Positions 20,944 through 33,252 of a stretch of DNA of 64,000 nt are shown here, piece by piece; within the stretch, counting starts at the first letter, position 1; each line of letters begins with the position of its first letter. The position numbers and the translations under genes were made by a program. Below the pieces are notes generated by a model. The model saw nothing but the letters and a program-made list of their open reading frames with translations, did no database searches and was not told the origin of the DNA. The DNA is taken from the NCBI GenBank assembly GCA_025558095.1, contig JAIVFI010000029.1, forward strand, positions 62,001-126,000. The letters run 5' to 3'. Source of the stretch: Hyaloraphidium curvatum SAG 235-1. Lineage: Eukaryota > Fungi > Monoblepharomycota.

Positions 20944-22594
20944 ATGGGAGTCGCAATCGACTGGGACCGCTTCGCGCCGGCGCGCGCGATGATGGGCGGA
21001 CTGGTGCGCTCGCAGTTCCCCCGCCACTGTCCCCCCTTCCTGAAGCTGGCCGCCCCGTCAGGTCATGGCTGCGGCGACACAGGTGGTCATGTTCACGCTG
21101 GGCAAGGTTGCGGGCATCACGGGCATATTCCGCAACGCGATCCGCGGGATGCTCGGGTGGCAGACCTCCTTTGTTGCGGGGCTGCTGCTCGCGGGCGTGT
21201 GGACGGCCGCCGCCACGCTGGCGCTGGAGCAGGGCGAGGGCGGCGCCGCAAGGGCGACCATGTCGCGCTTCTACGGCGAGACGAAGCCCGACTCGGTGGT
21301 CCCCACCAAGCTGTTCACCGTCGCTGTGGCAACGATCATGGGCTACGGCGCGACGCGGGCAAACGGCTGCACGACGGGCCACGGGGTGGGTGCTATGCGT
21401 GCATTGGAATGTTTCTCGACTTACTGAGCCCGCATTGCCCAGGTTTGTGGCCTCGGACGCGCCTCGCCGCGTTCGCTGGTCGCCGTTGGGACCTTCATGG
21501 GCTCCGCAATGGTCGCCTCCTCTTTCGTGCGCTTCCTGAAGACCTACCACGCGAAGAACGGCTCTGCAGGATTGGTTGGCTCGCTCGCCGGCCTCGTCTA
21601 CCACCGTGCCGGCGACGACCCATTCTGGACGCTCCGCGGCTCCCAGACTCCTCCTTCAGCGGTGCATTCTTCCTTCCCCTCTCCATGTTCGTCGCCTACA
21701 TCGCCCTCCTCCTCTATTACATCCAGTTCCGGAGCACGAACCTGTACGACATTTTCCCGTTTCTGCGGCCGATCCGGAGCCTGCTGGGCCGCGGGGACCA
21801 CGGGAAGGACAAGGCGGGCGTCAACATCGGGGTCTTTGGGCTGGCTGCCGGGGCCGGGGCCAAGGCCAACGGGAAGCCCGCGTCCGCACCTGTCCCGTCG
21901 GGCAACCTCAACACCTCGGCCGAGTACGCCTCGCTCCTGAACCAGCACCTCGTCACGATCTGCACCGGTTTCATGTAGGTCTTCTTCCTTGCCGATCTCC
22001 CGATCGCGGCACCTCGACCCTCATTGATTTCCCCGCAGGTTCGGCTATGGCCTCGTCTTTTCCGGCATGGGCGACACCGAGCGCGTCCAGGCCTTCCTGG
22101 ACCCCCTCGGCTTCGGCGGCAAATGGGACATCACCCTCATGTTCGGTGCGCATCTCCCCCCCCGGATCCCGCGCTCCTCTGACCTACCCTTGCCGTAGTC
22201 ATGGGGTCCTCGGTCATGACCAACCTCCTCGCATACCACGCCCTCCGCGACTCCAACCTGGACGTGCAGATCCTGCACACCCCCGAGGGCAGGCCGATCC
22301 CGCTCAAGGAGGTGGTCCAGTGGGGACCGGTCGGCGGGAACATGAACATCAACAGGGATCTGGTGCTCGGGAGCGTGATGTTCGGGCTCGGGTGGGGGGC
22401 GCTGGGCGTGGCGGGTTCCTCTGTTGTTCCGGGCAGCCCGGAGAGGCTGATCAGGCAATGCGCAGTGTCCGGGCCCGGGGATCGTATCGTTCGCGACGGC
22501 GCAGTACCCGACGACGCTGGCGGTTCCTTTCATCGGGCTGGGTGCGCTGCTGAGGACGTTCGTGGCGAGGCAGAACGGACAGAACGACGTATGA
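20944..22594 (+). CDS. YeeE/YedE (thiosulfate/sulfur transport) family protein with two fused domains, multi-exon
   Basis: GKVAGITGI, GYGATRANGCTTGHG|VCGLGRASPRSLVA, FGYGLVFSGM, WDITLMF, GSVMFGLGWGALG|VCPGPG. Confidence 0.8.
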
Positions 22595-22840
22595 TGGCAC
22601 GGTGCGGTGTACATAGTGCGAGCGCGGGAGAGTGCGACTGGCGAACGCGTTTGCGATGTAGCATTTCATGGATCTGTCTGCGATAGCTCGGCTAGCTCCC
22701 ATCTCGATCACGGTGCCGCCACCTCACTGAGGCAACTCACTGGGGCGGACTTTTCTACTGGCCGTGGATCATCTTCATTCGCCCTCGCGGCCTTTCCTTT
22801 TCCCATCGCGTCGATCTCGCGGCGGTCGGCAGTGTGCCGC

Positions 22841-23054
22841 CCAAAAGCTCGTGCCTGCCGCTGTCACCTCAGCACGGTAGAAGCCACGGTCCATCCCGAC
22901 GCGGATCCCCGTACCTCCTTCCACGAAACCCAGGGAACCTTGGCGGCGGCCAAAAGCTCGTGCCTGCCGCTGTCACCTCAGCACGGTAGAAGCCACGGTC
23001 CATCCCGACGCGGATCCCCGTACCTCCTTCCACGAAACCCAGGGAACCTTGGCG
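22841..23054. repeat. Perfect tandem duplication, 2 x 105 bp (period 109)
   Basis: ccaaaagctcgtgcctgccg...gggaaccttggcg occurs at 22841-22945 and 22950-23054. Confidence 0.92.
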
Positions 23055-23449
23055 TCGGGCAACCTGCTCCTCTTCCTCCTCCATTTCTAACGACTCGGCA
23101 TTCTCTCTTTCCTTCCCGTTGTTCACGTTGGCCGCACCGTCACCCTGTGACCCCTTCGACTTTACGACAACCACTGCGGCCGCCCTCGCCGCTGATATAT
23201 AGGTGCGTTCCTCTTTGCGGTCTGCTCGTAGCCCGGCCGCCGCCGATGTTCGCGGATCCCGTTTCTCTGCCCGCATACAACTTAACGACTTTCTAAGGAA
23301 TTGACGGAATGGCCTCACACGCGCCTTAACGTGATCGAAACCTAGTGGCATCGAGTTACTCATGTGGTACGACGCCGGCGGATAAGCCAGACCAGACCAG
23401 ATCCCGGCGGCGCGTCAAAGCTCGTGTTTGTCTCCCCGCCAGCAAGAAC

Positions 23450-24914
23450 ATGGAATCGGTCCGCCAGTCGTTCAATTCCGCCATTTCCGCGGCATCTGCA
23501 ACGTTATCGTCCGCTCTGTCGGGCGACCCGCGCGCGCTTGCGGCAGTGGGGGCGGCGGCGGTGCTCGCAGTCGGAGCTCGCCGTTTGCTCAGCTCCCCGA
23601 GACAACAGCCCAACGGAGGACGCGGAGGCGACGTTGCGCTCGTGTCGCCGACTGGCAAGGCCTGCGTCGTCACGGGGTGCGACACGGGATTCGGCTACCT
23701 CACTGCCGTCGAACTCGCTCGGCTCGGTTTCACTGTCTTTGCCGCACTTTTCAACCCGGGCGCCTCGCTGCCGAAGCTGGAGGCAGAGCTCGATGCCCTG
23801 CGGGCGGATCGTAACAAGCGGAACATCACGGGCGTCGTGTTTGAGGGAAACTCGGGGAGCCCGCTCGGAAAGATCATCGGGCTCCCGCTCGACGTCACGA
23901 AGGACGAGTCCGTCAAGGCCTTCTACGATGCCGTGGTTTCCCATCCCGAGTTTGCCGCCTGCTCGGGCTCTCCGGGCCTCTATGCGCTCATCAACGTGGG
24001 CTCTTCTGCTTCCCGCGGGCCTTGCTGCACTAGAACAGTACGACCTCCAGAACGCGGGGATCAACGCCGGTTACCTCATTGAGATGTCGACCATCGAGCA
24101 CCTCCAGCGCAACATGGACGTGAACTACCTCGGGGCCTTTCGGGTGCTGAAGGCATTCATGCCCAACCTCCGGCGGTATGCCCTCGATCACGCCAAGGAC
24201 CCGGCGATTGCCAAGCCGAGGATGGTCAACATCACCTCCGGCGCCGGGATCATGGTCACCTCTCCGCTCGGAGCTTGTTTGTTGCTCTGCTGCTCGAACG
24301 TCGCGCGGAGCTTACCCTCCTGCCTCCACCAGATTCGGCTTCCAAACACGCCCTCGAGGCCGTCGTTGACGCGCTCCGCCAGGAGCTCATGCACCATCAA
24401 ATCCCCCTCCACCTGAACCTCATCGAGCCCACCATCGCCATGACCCCGATCGTAACCGCGGACTTGTCGTCCCAGTTCGACCACTACATGGACGAGGCCG
24501 GCGTCTCGGACGAGGTCATGGAGGCCTACGGCGGGCGAGAATACCAGAGGGCGCAGTGGTGCCTGTCGGCCGTGCACATCAGCGCCAAGAAGGAGATCGG
24601 CGCGGTCGAGCCCGAGGTCATCGTCAAGGGCATCGTCGAGGAGGCCGCGCGGGCGTCGGGGATGCGGTACAGGAGGCCGGTCCCGGCGTTTATGGGCCGC
24701 ATCCGTGAGTTCCGCCGGGTTCGTTTCCACGGCCCGAAAGCTGATAAACCTTGCAGTTTGGATGTACCAGAACCTGCCGGAGGGGATGATGGACGCGCTG
24801 CTGGTGGCCGGACAGAAACGGTCGATCGGCGAGAAGCTTGCCGAGATGGAGGCGCAGAAGGCGTCGGCGGTGCGGATGCCGGAGACTGCGGAGAAGGTTC
24901 TCGTGCCCGCATGA
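23450..24914 (+). CDS. SDR, 17-beta-HSD/RDH (SDR9C)-like, membrane-anchored, multi-exon
   Basis: VTGCDTGFG, LDVT, IN|NAGI, VNYLG, and YSASK formed across a splice junction. Approximate introns: 23996-24050, 24278-24331, 24706-24755. Confidence 0.88.
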
Positions 24915-24954
24915 GCTGTCTATTGAGAAGAAAGAGGTAGAGAATGGTAGACAG

Positions 24955-27637
24955 TCAGAATGAGATGTTACTGCACAATGACCAGCCTTGCTCCGTGAGG
25001 CAGATCCCTCGTCCGATCTTCAAGCGCGGGGGGCACGAAACCCAGCGAAACAATCAGCATCAGATATGTGACGACGAGAATCGCGCCCTCTGCAAGTGGG
25101 GAAGGTCAGATCCCGAAGTCATCCTGTCTTCGACGCCAAGACGCACTGAAGTACGAGCTCCGACCCTCGACAAAGACGTACGAAACCAGCATGACGCTGA
25201 GAAAGATTGAAAAGGCGTCCCAAAGGGGGAAGACCAATGACAGTCCGCCTTCCCCGGGCGGCCTTCCGGCGCGATAGTCCAAAATGGCCTGGACGAGGCG
25301 ACAGATTCAAACCCCGTTATTCGGCGCCGAACAGCAAAAACATACCGACGCCGCAACGATGAGCGGTATCTGCAGCAGCGCGACCTGCGCGGTGTACTGG
25401 TTGGCGATCTCCATCGCGAGCTGCATGCGGCCCGCAAGCGCAAAAGCCACCGAGTTGAAGACCTCCGTGATGCTGGGCACGATGGCGAAGAGGGTCTGGA
25501 AGGAGTCAGTGTGGGCCAGTTACGCTCCGTGAGCGCGTACCAGGCCTAGCATCTTCTGGTCCAACCAGGGCATCCCGCCGCTCTCCACGATGGCGCCGAC
25601 ATTGTCCACCAGTACCTCCGCGACGAGCGCAAACACGACCGTTGCGGCAAGAAGCACGCCGACGGCGCGGGCGGTCCCCCACCCTGGGCCGTGGTGGCCC
25701 TGGTCCGACACTGCTGAGTCCGTGGAGGGAGGCCCAGGGTCGGGGAGGGGAGGAGGGGTGGTGTCGATCATAGGAGGCCGCCGACGGGGATCGCCGACGA
25801 TGAGAGGACTATCCGGCGGGCGGGGCCGGAGATGTTTGGGCTGGAAAGCAGGAGAAACAAAGTTGGGTCTCGGCGAGGAGCGAGGGCTTCCGGATCGAGG
25901 CGCCGAGGTGGACGGCTTCTTCGCGGCCTTCTTCTTGGCCGCGCCCTTCTTCGTGCCCTTCTTGTAGATGTGATTCTGATGCGTGAAGAGCGTGTAGGCA
26001 AGGCCGACGCCGTACGTGAGTACGAGCGCAAAGGAGCAAAAGTAGGCAAGCGGTCGCGTCCGTCCCGCGAGCAACGGGCTCGATGCCCCCGTCGCCTGCT
26101 TCATCCAACAGCCGCGCATCTCGCAAGGCGAGCTTCCTGGCGCGGAGGGATCGGAAGGAGAACCAGCGGAGCACGAGGCGCAATACACATCCCACGGAGC
26201 AAACGTGTTGTGAAAGAGCGTCGGTATGAAGACGCCGATAACGGCGGTGATGAGCAGCGTCACGGTGACTCCTGTCGCGCGCACATTGAATGCCAAGCTC
26301 CTCTTTCGGAGCCCTCCGGCGAGCATCGCGAGACCTGGCAAACAGAGCATGCCGAAAAGGAATGAGCCGACAAGACTGCCCTCCACCAGCTTCCGCTTAT
26401 CCCCCTGGCGGATCATGACGAGGTATATGAGAATCTCGACTATCGAACCGAACGTCGCGTTCAGGATGGCGCCGAGGGCGAGGTTGCCGGTCTGCGAGGT
26501 GATCGACGAGACGCTTGCGCCGATGAAGTAGCCGCAGGGAACGACCGAGCAGAGCGCGAGACCAAACATCACGGACTCCGGCACGGAAGGAACAAACGAA
26601 AGCACAAGAGTAAGGAGGGGCAGGAGGATCGAGTTCACGACAATCACGTTGACTCCCGAGACGGTGTACTTGACGTAGCGGAACCCGAAGCTCCTGCGAA
26701 CGGAGAGGACAATGTCTTCTGACTGCGGTCCGAGGGAAGATGATGTTGCCGTCCTGACGAAGATCACGGTGTCCGACAGGCGGTTGGTCTCCGAGCTGGA
26801 GGCCGTCTGGTAGCCTGGCGCACGCACCTGGACGTCGTCGGGATTTCGCCACAGCTCCAACGTCAAATAGTAGAGGAACCGTGCCATGGGGATCGGCAGC
26901 ACCAGAAGCCAGCACAGACCCGCTGCCAGGGCAACAAACGGGAAAACCACCAAGGAAAGCAGAGCTCGGAATCCAGCTACATCGCTGGGAGGAAAATCGG
27001 CGTTGCCCGGGCCAAGAAGCGGCGAATCAACAGCCACCGTTGGGCTCCGCCCTTCCAGAGTCGCACCGGCGGTCCGACGAAGCCGTACGAGGTAAAGACC
27101 GAACGGAGAAAGCACGTAGCCCGCCATGCTCTTTAAAAGTGCCGCGCGTTCCACGCTCCGGCCACCAAACATGGACAGCATCGATCCGGCAACGAGGAAA
27201 ACGAGCGCGAGAGGCCAGCCAAGCGTGAGGCTCCACAGCAAGTTCGGAAAGCTGGTCTTCAGAGGCCGCGCGTCGTCCGCAGTCGCCGGCGGCTCGGCGT
27301 GCACATCTTCTTCTGCCTCATAGTCAATCGTACGCCGCTTTGGATAGAGCGCTGGCTTCCAGATTGCGATGCCGAAGGGGTGCTCCTCATTCAGAGCTTC
27401 CTGCCGCTCTTCGACCGTCATGTCCGGCAGCTCGGCGGCAAGCAGAGGCGATGCCTCGGCGTCCGGATCCTCATCGGCAACTCCGAGCCCGTTCTCTCCA
27501 TGTTCGATAATGTCAGCGTCGTCGAGGTCCTCCCGCGTCGGTTCATCGTCATCCGGACCCCAATCGCCCTCGACAGCGGGCTCATGGCGGAGCAAAGACG
27601 TCGCAGACGGCGGCAAACCAACCGATGAGGAGGGCAT
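24955..27637 (-). CDS. Vacuolar cation/H+ exchanger (CaCA family, Vnx1-like with YccF-like N-terminal part)
   Basis: HPFGIAIWKPALYPK, NLLWSLTLGW, GAILNATFGSIVE, GSLVGS, TLFAIVPSITE, QVALLQIP, EGRSSYF|KG. 3' exons lie beyond the ORF-track stop. Confidence 0.88.
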
Positions 27638-27739
27638 TGCGTTAACGACGGCGCCCGCCCGCCGCGAGAAATTCCCTTTGCGCCCCGCGTCCCATTTCGT
27701 TTCAACGCTTCGACGCGCCCCGCCGCCAAAATGGACCAG

Positions 27740-28953
27740 ATGGCTCTCGAAAATGGCGTTCCGGATTCTGAACCTCACGCGCTTGCGGGAAGCGACGCGT
27801 CTCCGACCCGGCCCGCGGTCAAGCGCGTGAAAGTCGAAACGAAGGACAAAGTGGTCACTGTATTTCTCGTGGACCAGGAAGCGGCTCTCAACCTGACGGT
27901 CATTGGCGGTTACAAGACGGCCATAACATCCACATCCGCTCCTCTGGGCTCCGCGAAGGCCGAATCTCCAACAGGCACCGGCATGACGCCCGAAACCGCA
28001 GCAATGGTCGACGAGGGCAACAAGCCTCGTACTCGGCGCAAGTACAGTGACAATGGCCACTATAAGACTCGTCGGGGGCAAAACCGCAGTTCAGGAGGCG
28101 CCATGCAAGCGGTAACGGCCCAGCCGGTGGAGATGCCCTCGTCGCCACGCACGCTAGTTGAGGACGGGATCTCGTGCCGGCAAAGGCCGAGAACGAACCT
28201 GCTCACAATCGGTCCGTGCATCTTGATACTCCTGAAGACTCGGACAGCGATCTCTCTGAGCACTCTTGGCCCTCGGACGACGATGAATCCTCGCGACGTG
28301 TTTCGCGTGCTATGAAGCCCGATCCTGCCAAGTGGTTGGGCAAGGCACACGTGTACAACCGCTTGACGATAAGCCAGGCTATTGCTGGTAACAATGGTCA
28401 CCAGCAAAGGACCTTGATCAAGGTCAAGGTAAGCAATCCCAGTGCTCCTTCTTCCCCGCATCTGACGGGCTCCCAAACAGTGGCACCCGAAAGAAAAGAG
28501 CAAGATAATGGCCATGTGCATCAAACCTGAGTGGAATCCGACTTGCGGCAACATGTTGTGCGAGGATGAAAGCTGTGTGGGCAAATGCACCGATCCCGAC
28601 AAGAGCGAGCGGTTCTGGAGCGAAATGAAGGTAGTCTTTCTTATCACCTCCGCCCAGCGGAACGAGAAGCTGCGCGAGGCTTTTCGCGGTGGACGTGCGG
28701 TGCCCATTTTTGCTTTCGGTTCACCAACGGGTGGGAATATCTTGGTCATTACACCTACGATTACGAGGAAGAGCCGGAGGCGAAGGATGCGAAGGACATG
28801 TTCCGCACCGACACTGACGGTTATGCTGTGGACTTTCACGGAACGCCGATCTGGAAAAGGTCGAAGTCCGTGTCGTACTACACGAAGAAACAGTGGTGTG
28901 CGGTCAAATTCCGCTTCGTCGAGTTCAAAGACCCGGTGCTGAAGCGCAGGTAG
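27740..28953 (+). CDS. Hypothetical protein, DUF6697/SRA-like C-terminal region, multi-exon
   Basis: Low-complexity N-terminus followed by ...VPIF/CFRFTNGWEYLGHYTY...VKFRFVEFKD. An apparent -1 indel lies in the T-run near 28707-28711. Family call is tentative. Confidence 0.4.
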
Positions 28954-29110
28954 ACGGTTTCAATGATACCTAGTTAGGAGTGGAGAGGGGGGAGAGCGGC
29001 AATAGAGCATAAGCCTTGAATACCCTGAGTGTTCACCAATATCGCGTCGCGGGCCGCAAACACGCATGCTTCCCACTCGTCTGGCCCCAGCTTAGAGCGC
29101 ATCGAACGCG

Positions 29111-29908
29111 ATGGGAAAGCCGCGATCGAGGGCATTCCTCTTTGACATGGACGGCGTGCTGTACCGCGGCGATTCCGCCATCCCCGCCGCGCTGGATTTC
29201 ATGCGCGCCATCCGAGACGTACCCCACATCTTCCTCACCAACAACTCGTCCGTGACGCCCGAAGCCGTCGCGGCCAAGCTGAAAAAGCTGGGATTCGACG
29301 GCATTCCGGCGGAGCTGATCCTTACGTCCGCGATGGCGACCGCTTCGTACCTGGCGAGGGAGACAGCGGACTTTCGGTACTTTGCCATCGGGGGACCGGG
29401 GTTGCACGCGGCGCTGGCTGCTGTAGGCAAAGAGGACCTGACAGACCCGGATTATGTTGTCGTCGGCGAGGGCCCGGGGCTGACGTACGAATCTTTGACG
29501 CTCGGGCTCGGCTTGCTCGTACGCGGCCGCGCCAAGCTCATCGGAACGAACCCCGACGCCAACGTGGACGGGACAGTCAATGGGAAACCGGCAGTTCTTC
29601 CCGGTGGCGGCGCTTTGGTAGCCCCTTTTGCCGCCGGCTCGGGCAAGGAGCCCATCTTCATTGGGAAACCTGCGCCGTCGCTCTACCTTGAGGCCCTCCG
29701 CAGGCTGGACGCGGTTCGTCCAGAGGACGCGATAATGGTCGGAGACCGGCCAGACACGGACATTAAGGGCGCCGCCGAGCTCGGGATTCGGACCGTCCTC
29801 GTCCGCACGGGTCGTTTCGGCCCCGGGGAGCCGTACCCGAAAGGGCTTCCGAAGCCGGACTATGACATCGCGTCGCTGGCCGAGCTTCCACTGGATAATC
29901 TGCTGTAG
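29111..29908 (+). CDS. HAD-IIA hydrolase (NagD-like)
   Basis: FDMDGVLY, LTNNS, TNPD, GKP, MVGDRPDTDIKGA; intronless. Confidence 0.93.
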   Translation: MGKPRSRAFLFDMDGVLYRGDSAIPAALDFMRAIRDVPHIFLTNNSSVTPEAVAAKLKKLGFDGIPAELILTSAMATASYLARETADFRYFAIGGPGLHAALAAVGKEDLTDPDYVVVGEGPGLTYESLTLGLGLLVRGRAKLIGTNPDANVDGTVNGKPAVLPGGGALVAPFAAGSGKEPIFIGKPAPSLYLEALRRLDAVRPEDAIMVGDRPDTDIKGAAELGIRTVLVRTGRFGPGEPYPKGLPKPDYDIASLAELPLDNLL

Positions 29909-29978
29909 AATTGACTCAGGATCAATACAGTCGGCTTATCCATCTCTCTGCTTCGTCTCGTCTTCGTCTCGTGGAGCT

Positions 29979-32663
29979 CTAGATCTTGGCCTTCTCCTTG
30001 CCGCCTGCGAGCACCGTGTAGCTGTCCGACCACCCTCAGTCCTCGATCCAGCAACGGCACCGGTCCAACACTCACAGGAACTCCCACCCCAGCGCCGACA
30101 TGAACGCCTGCTGCGTGTTGTCCGCCGCGCCGCCGTGCCCGCCCTCGATGTTCTCGAAGTAGAGCACGCCGCCGGTCCCTTCGCCGTCGAGGAAGCCCTC
30201 GGGGTACCCGCGCTCCTTGAGCAGGCGGGCGACCATCTTGCGCGCGTGGCCGGGGTGCACGCGGTCGTCGCGCGTGGAGGTATAGAAGAGGATGGAGGGG
30301 CGGTGGGCGGGCGGAGGGACGGTGAGGTGGTAGGGAGAGAAGGTCTTGATGAAGTCCCAGTCCGAGGTATCGGGGTTGCCATATCTGGAACGGGCATCGT
30401 GAACAAAAGCTTCGACAGCAGTTGAAGCGAGACCCACTCTCCCATCCAGCTGGCGCCGGCCAGCAGCTTCGAAAACCTCTTCATGTCCAGCAGCGGCACC
30501 TGGCACACCACAGCCCCGAAATCGGCGGGATACTGCGTGTACATGTTGCCCACCAGCAGCCCGCCGTTGGACCCGCCCATGCACCCGAGGTAGCGCGGCG
30601 AGGTGATGCCCCGCTTGACGAGGTCGCGGGCGACCGAAGCGAAGTCGGCGTAGGCGATGTTGCGGTTGGCCTTGAGCGCGGCCTGGTGCCACGCCGGGCC
30701 AAATTCGCCGCCGCCGCGGATGTTGGCGACCACGTAGACGCCGCCGCGCTCGAGCCAGCCGACGCCAGTGGTGGCCTGGTAGCCGGGGGTGAGAGAGATC
30801 TCGAAGCCACCGTACTAGTCAAGCGGGTTAGCGGTCGTTCATCGTTGCCACGTCCTGCAAGGAACGTACCCCATAGAGCAGCGTGTGGTTCTTCCCGTCC
30901 AGCGCCAGCCCCTCCTTGGACACTTGGAAGTACGGGATGCTCGTTCCGTCGTGGATCGACGGCACAAAGTGCTGCTCGACCTTGAGCCCGCGGGCATCGA
31001 AGAACTCGGGCGTCCTCTTGAGCAGCTGCAGCGGGCTCTCGGCGCCGTCCTCGCCCGCGAACCGCGCGAGGTCGCCAAAGTACAGGCTCGAGGGGGTGAG
31101 GTAGCCCGAGACGATGCAAAAGACCTCGTCGGTAAAGTCCGGGTCGACCGAGGAGAGCGCGACGGTGCAGAGGTCGGGGAAGCCCGTGAGCTCCTTCCGC
31201 TTCCACTCCGTGGAGTTGCCCGAGGGAGGGGTGAGCACGTAGACCCTGTTGCGTACGTTGTCTAGCTCGTTGACGGCAACGACGGTCGCCAAGGCATCGA
31301 ACGAGGCGAGCGACTTGCGCTCCGTCGGCTCGAAGAGGACCGAGAAGGTGTTCTTGGTGACGGGGGCGGCGTCCTTGACGTAGGCATCGAAATCCGTGGC
31401 CAAGAGCGAGCCGGCCTTGTACTTTGCCCCTTCCACGGGCTCCCAGTCGCTCCGCAGTTCGAGGAAGAGCCAGCGCTTGTGCACCCGCGCCTCGGCGTCG
31501 TCCTGCTTCCTGATCTTGATCAGGTTGCCCCCTTCGTCGCGGAAGAAGGACTCGTTGGTCCAGAAGGTCACGCCGCGCTCGACAAAGTCCCGTTCGTAGC
31601 CCTCGGCCAGATCCCTGTACCCGCTCACGCTCACGTCCTCCTTCGTGCCCTCGTATACGGTCTTCGAGGCCGAAAGCGGCGTCCCGCGCTCCCATTCGCG
31701 GACGATGCGGGGGTAGCCGCTGTCCGTGAGCGAGTCGTCGACGCCGGGGAAGACGGTGCCGACAAAGACCGAGTCCTTGTTGCGCCACGACACGCGGGAC
31801 TTGGCTTCGGGCAGGACGAACCCGCCGTTGGCCTCGTCGATGAACCGCTTCTCGTGCACGTCGAACTCGCGCACCACCGTCGCGTCCGCGCCGCCCCGCG
31901 AAAGGTAGAGAAGGCAGTAGCGCGACTCGGGCTCGAGGAAGACGGAGCCCGAGTAGACCCAGTTCTCGCCTTCTTGAGCACCGAGCTCATCTATGTCCAG
32001 CACCGTTTCCCAGTCGGGCGTGTCGGTGCGGTACGAGTCGAGGAAGGTTCGGCGCCAGAGGCCGCGCTTGTTCTTTTCGTCCTTCCACAGGTTGTCTGCA
32101 AAAACGGTTGGGAATCACTACGGTGCACGACGTGTGCCAGACACGGCGAGTTACCCACAGTACCAGTCCTTGCCCGTCTTGGGGTCCTTTCCGTGCTTGG
32201 CGATCATCGGGATCTTGTCCTTCGAGTCCAGAATGGAGAGGATCCGCGCCTGCAGGCCCGGAAACGCGGGCGACGTCTTTTCCATGAGCGACTTGGACAC
32301 TGAATTGCGCTCCGAGGCAAAGGCGAGGGCCTTTTCGCCCGTCACGTCCTCGAGCCACGTCCACGGGTCCTCGGGGTCGGTCGGGGGGGCGGAGGCGGCG
32401 TCCGCGGTGGGCTTCGTGTCGGCGGGCATGGCTGAGAAGCGGCGCGCGGGAGGAGGTGCGAAGGCGCGGGTCGAGAGGGTCCGGAAGGGGCGATGCGCGG
32501 TCGCGAGGGACGCGTCGCAGAAAGGCGGGTCGGCTCGAAAGGCGGCGGGACGCGGAGCCGGAAAGCGGGCCGCGGGAGGAAAGTCGAAATTGAAAGAGGA
32601 TAATGCGGCAGCGCTTTCGGCTCGGAGGACGGTTGTGACCCTCCGGGCGAGAAGCGGGAGCAT
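29979..32663 (-). CDS. Prolyl oligopeptidase (S9A), multi-exon
   Basis: DPWTWLED, LSRGGADA, TDSGYPR, NIRGGGEFG, catalytic GGSNGG, DDRVHPGHARKM, EGGHG. Last intron at 30022-30075 gives ...KAKI*. Alternative start at 32429. Confidence 0.92.
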
Positions 32664-33252
32664 TCGCAGTGCGTGTGATCTCGATTGATCTGTCGTGGAG
32701 TCCAGGCAAGAAACCGGAAAGACAGATGGAAAGCATCCCAAATGAAAAGGATTCATACCAGCAGGACAGACCTGTGCTTGTCTTGCTGTGGATGTTGGGC
32801 GTTTCTCTCACTCGCCGTTCAGATCTTCGCTCAGGACATTGGTAGCAGGTCCAAATAGACAACATCCATCATATCTACAGGTGATGAAGGTAATGGATAG
32901 CTTCAGGAGGTGGTTTCGACCTAGTTATTCAGGCGGATGAGGCGTCAAACATGGTGGTTGCGCGATCGCTCGACGGGCACCGCGTCGCCAAACCGAGCCG
33001 GCGCGCCCCAAAGCGAATCCCATCGGCATCTGCCTCGTCCGAATTCATCGGCACTCCAACGGCCAGCCGCACACCTTCGAGCCCGGCTCGAAGGATGGGG
33101 ACTCTGGTCCCCGCCGATCCGGCTGATTTCCGGCCGGCGCCCCAACACCTGGCATCTCCGAGTTGCCACACCTCCCCACCCCGGCACCGCACGCCATTCG
33201 GAGCCGCGTGCCGCACTTTCACGCCCCGCATCGCACCCCGTTCGCGGCCACG

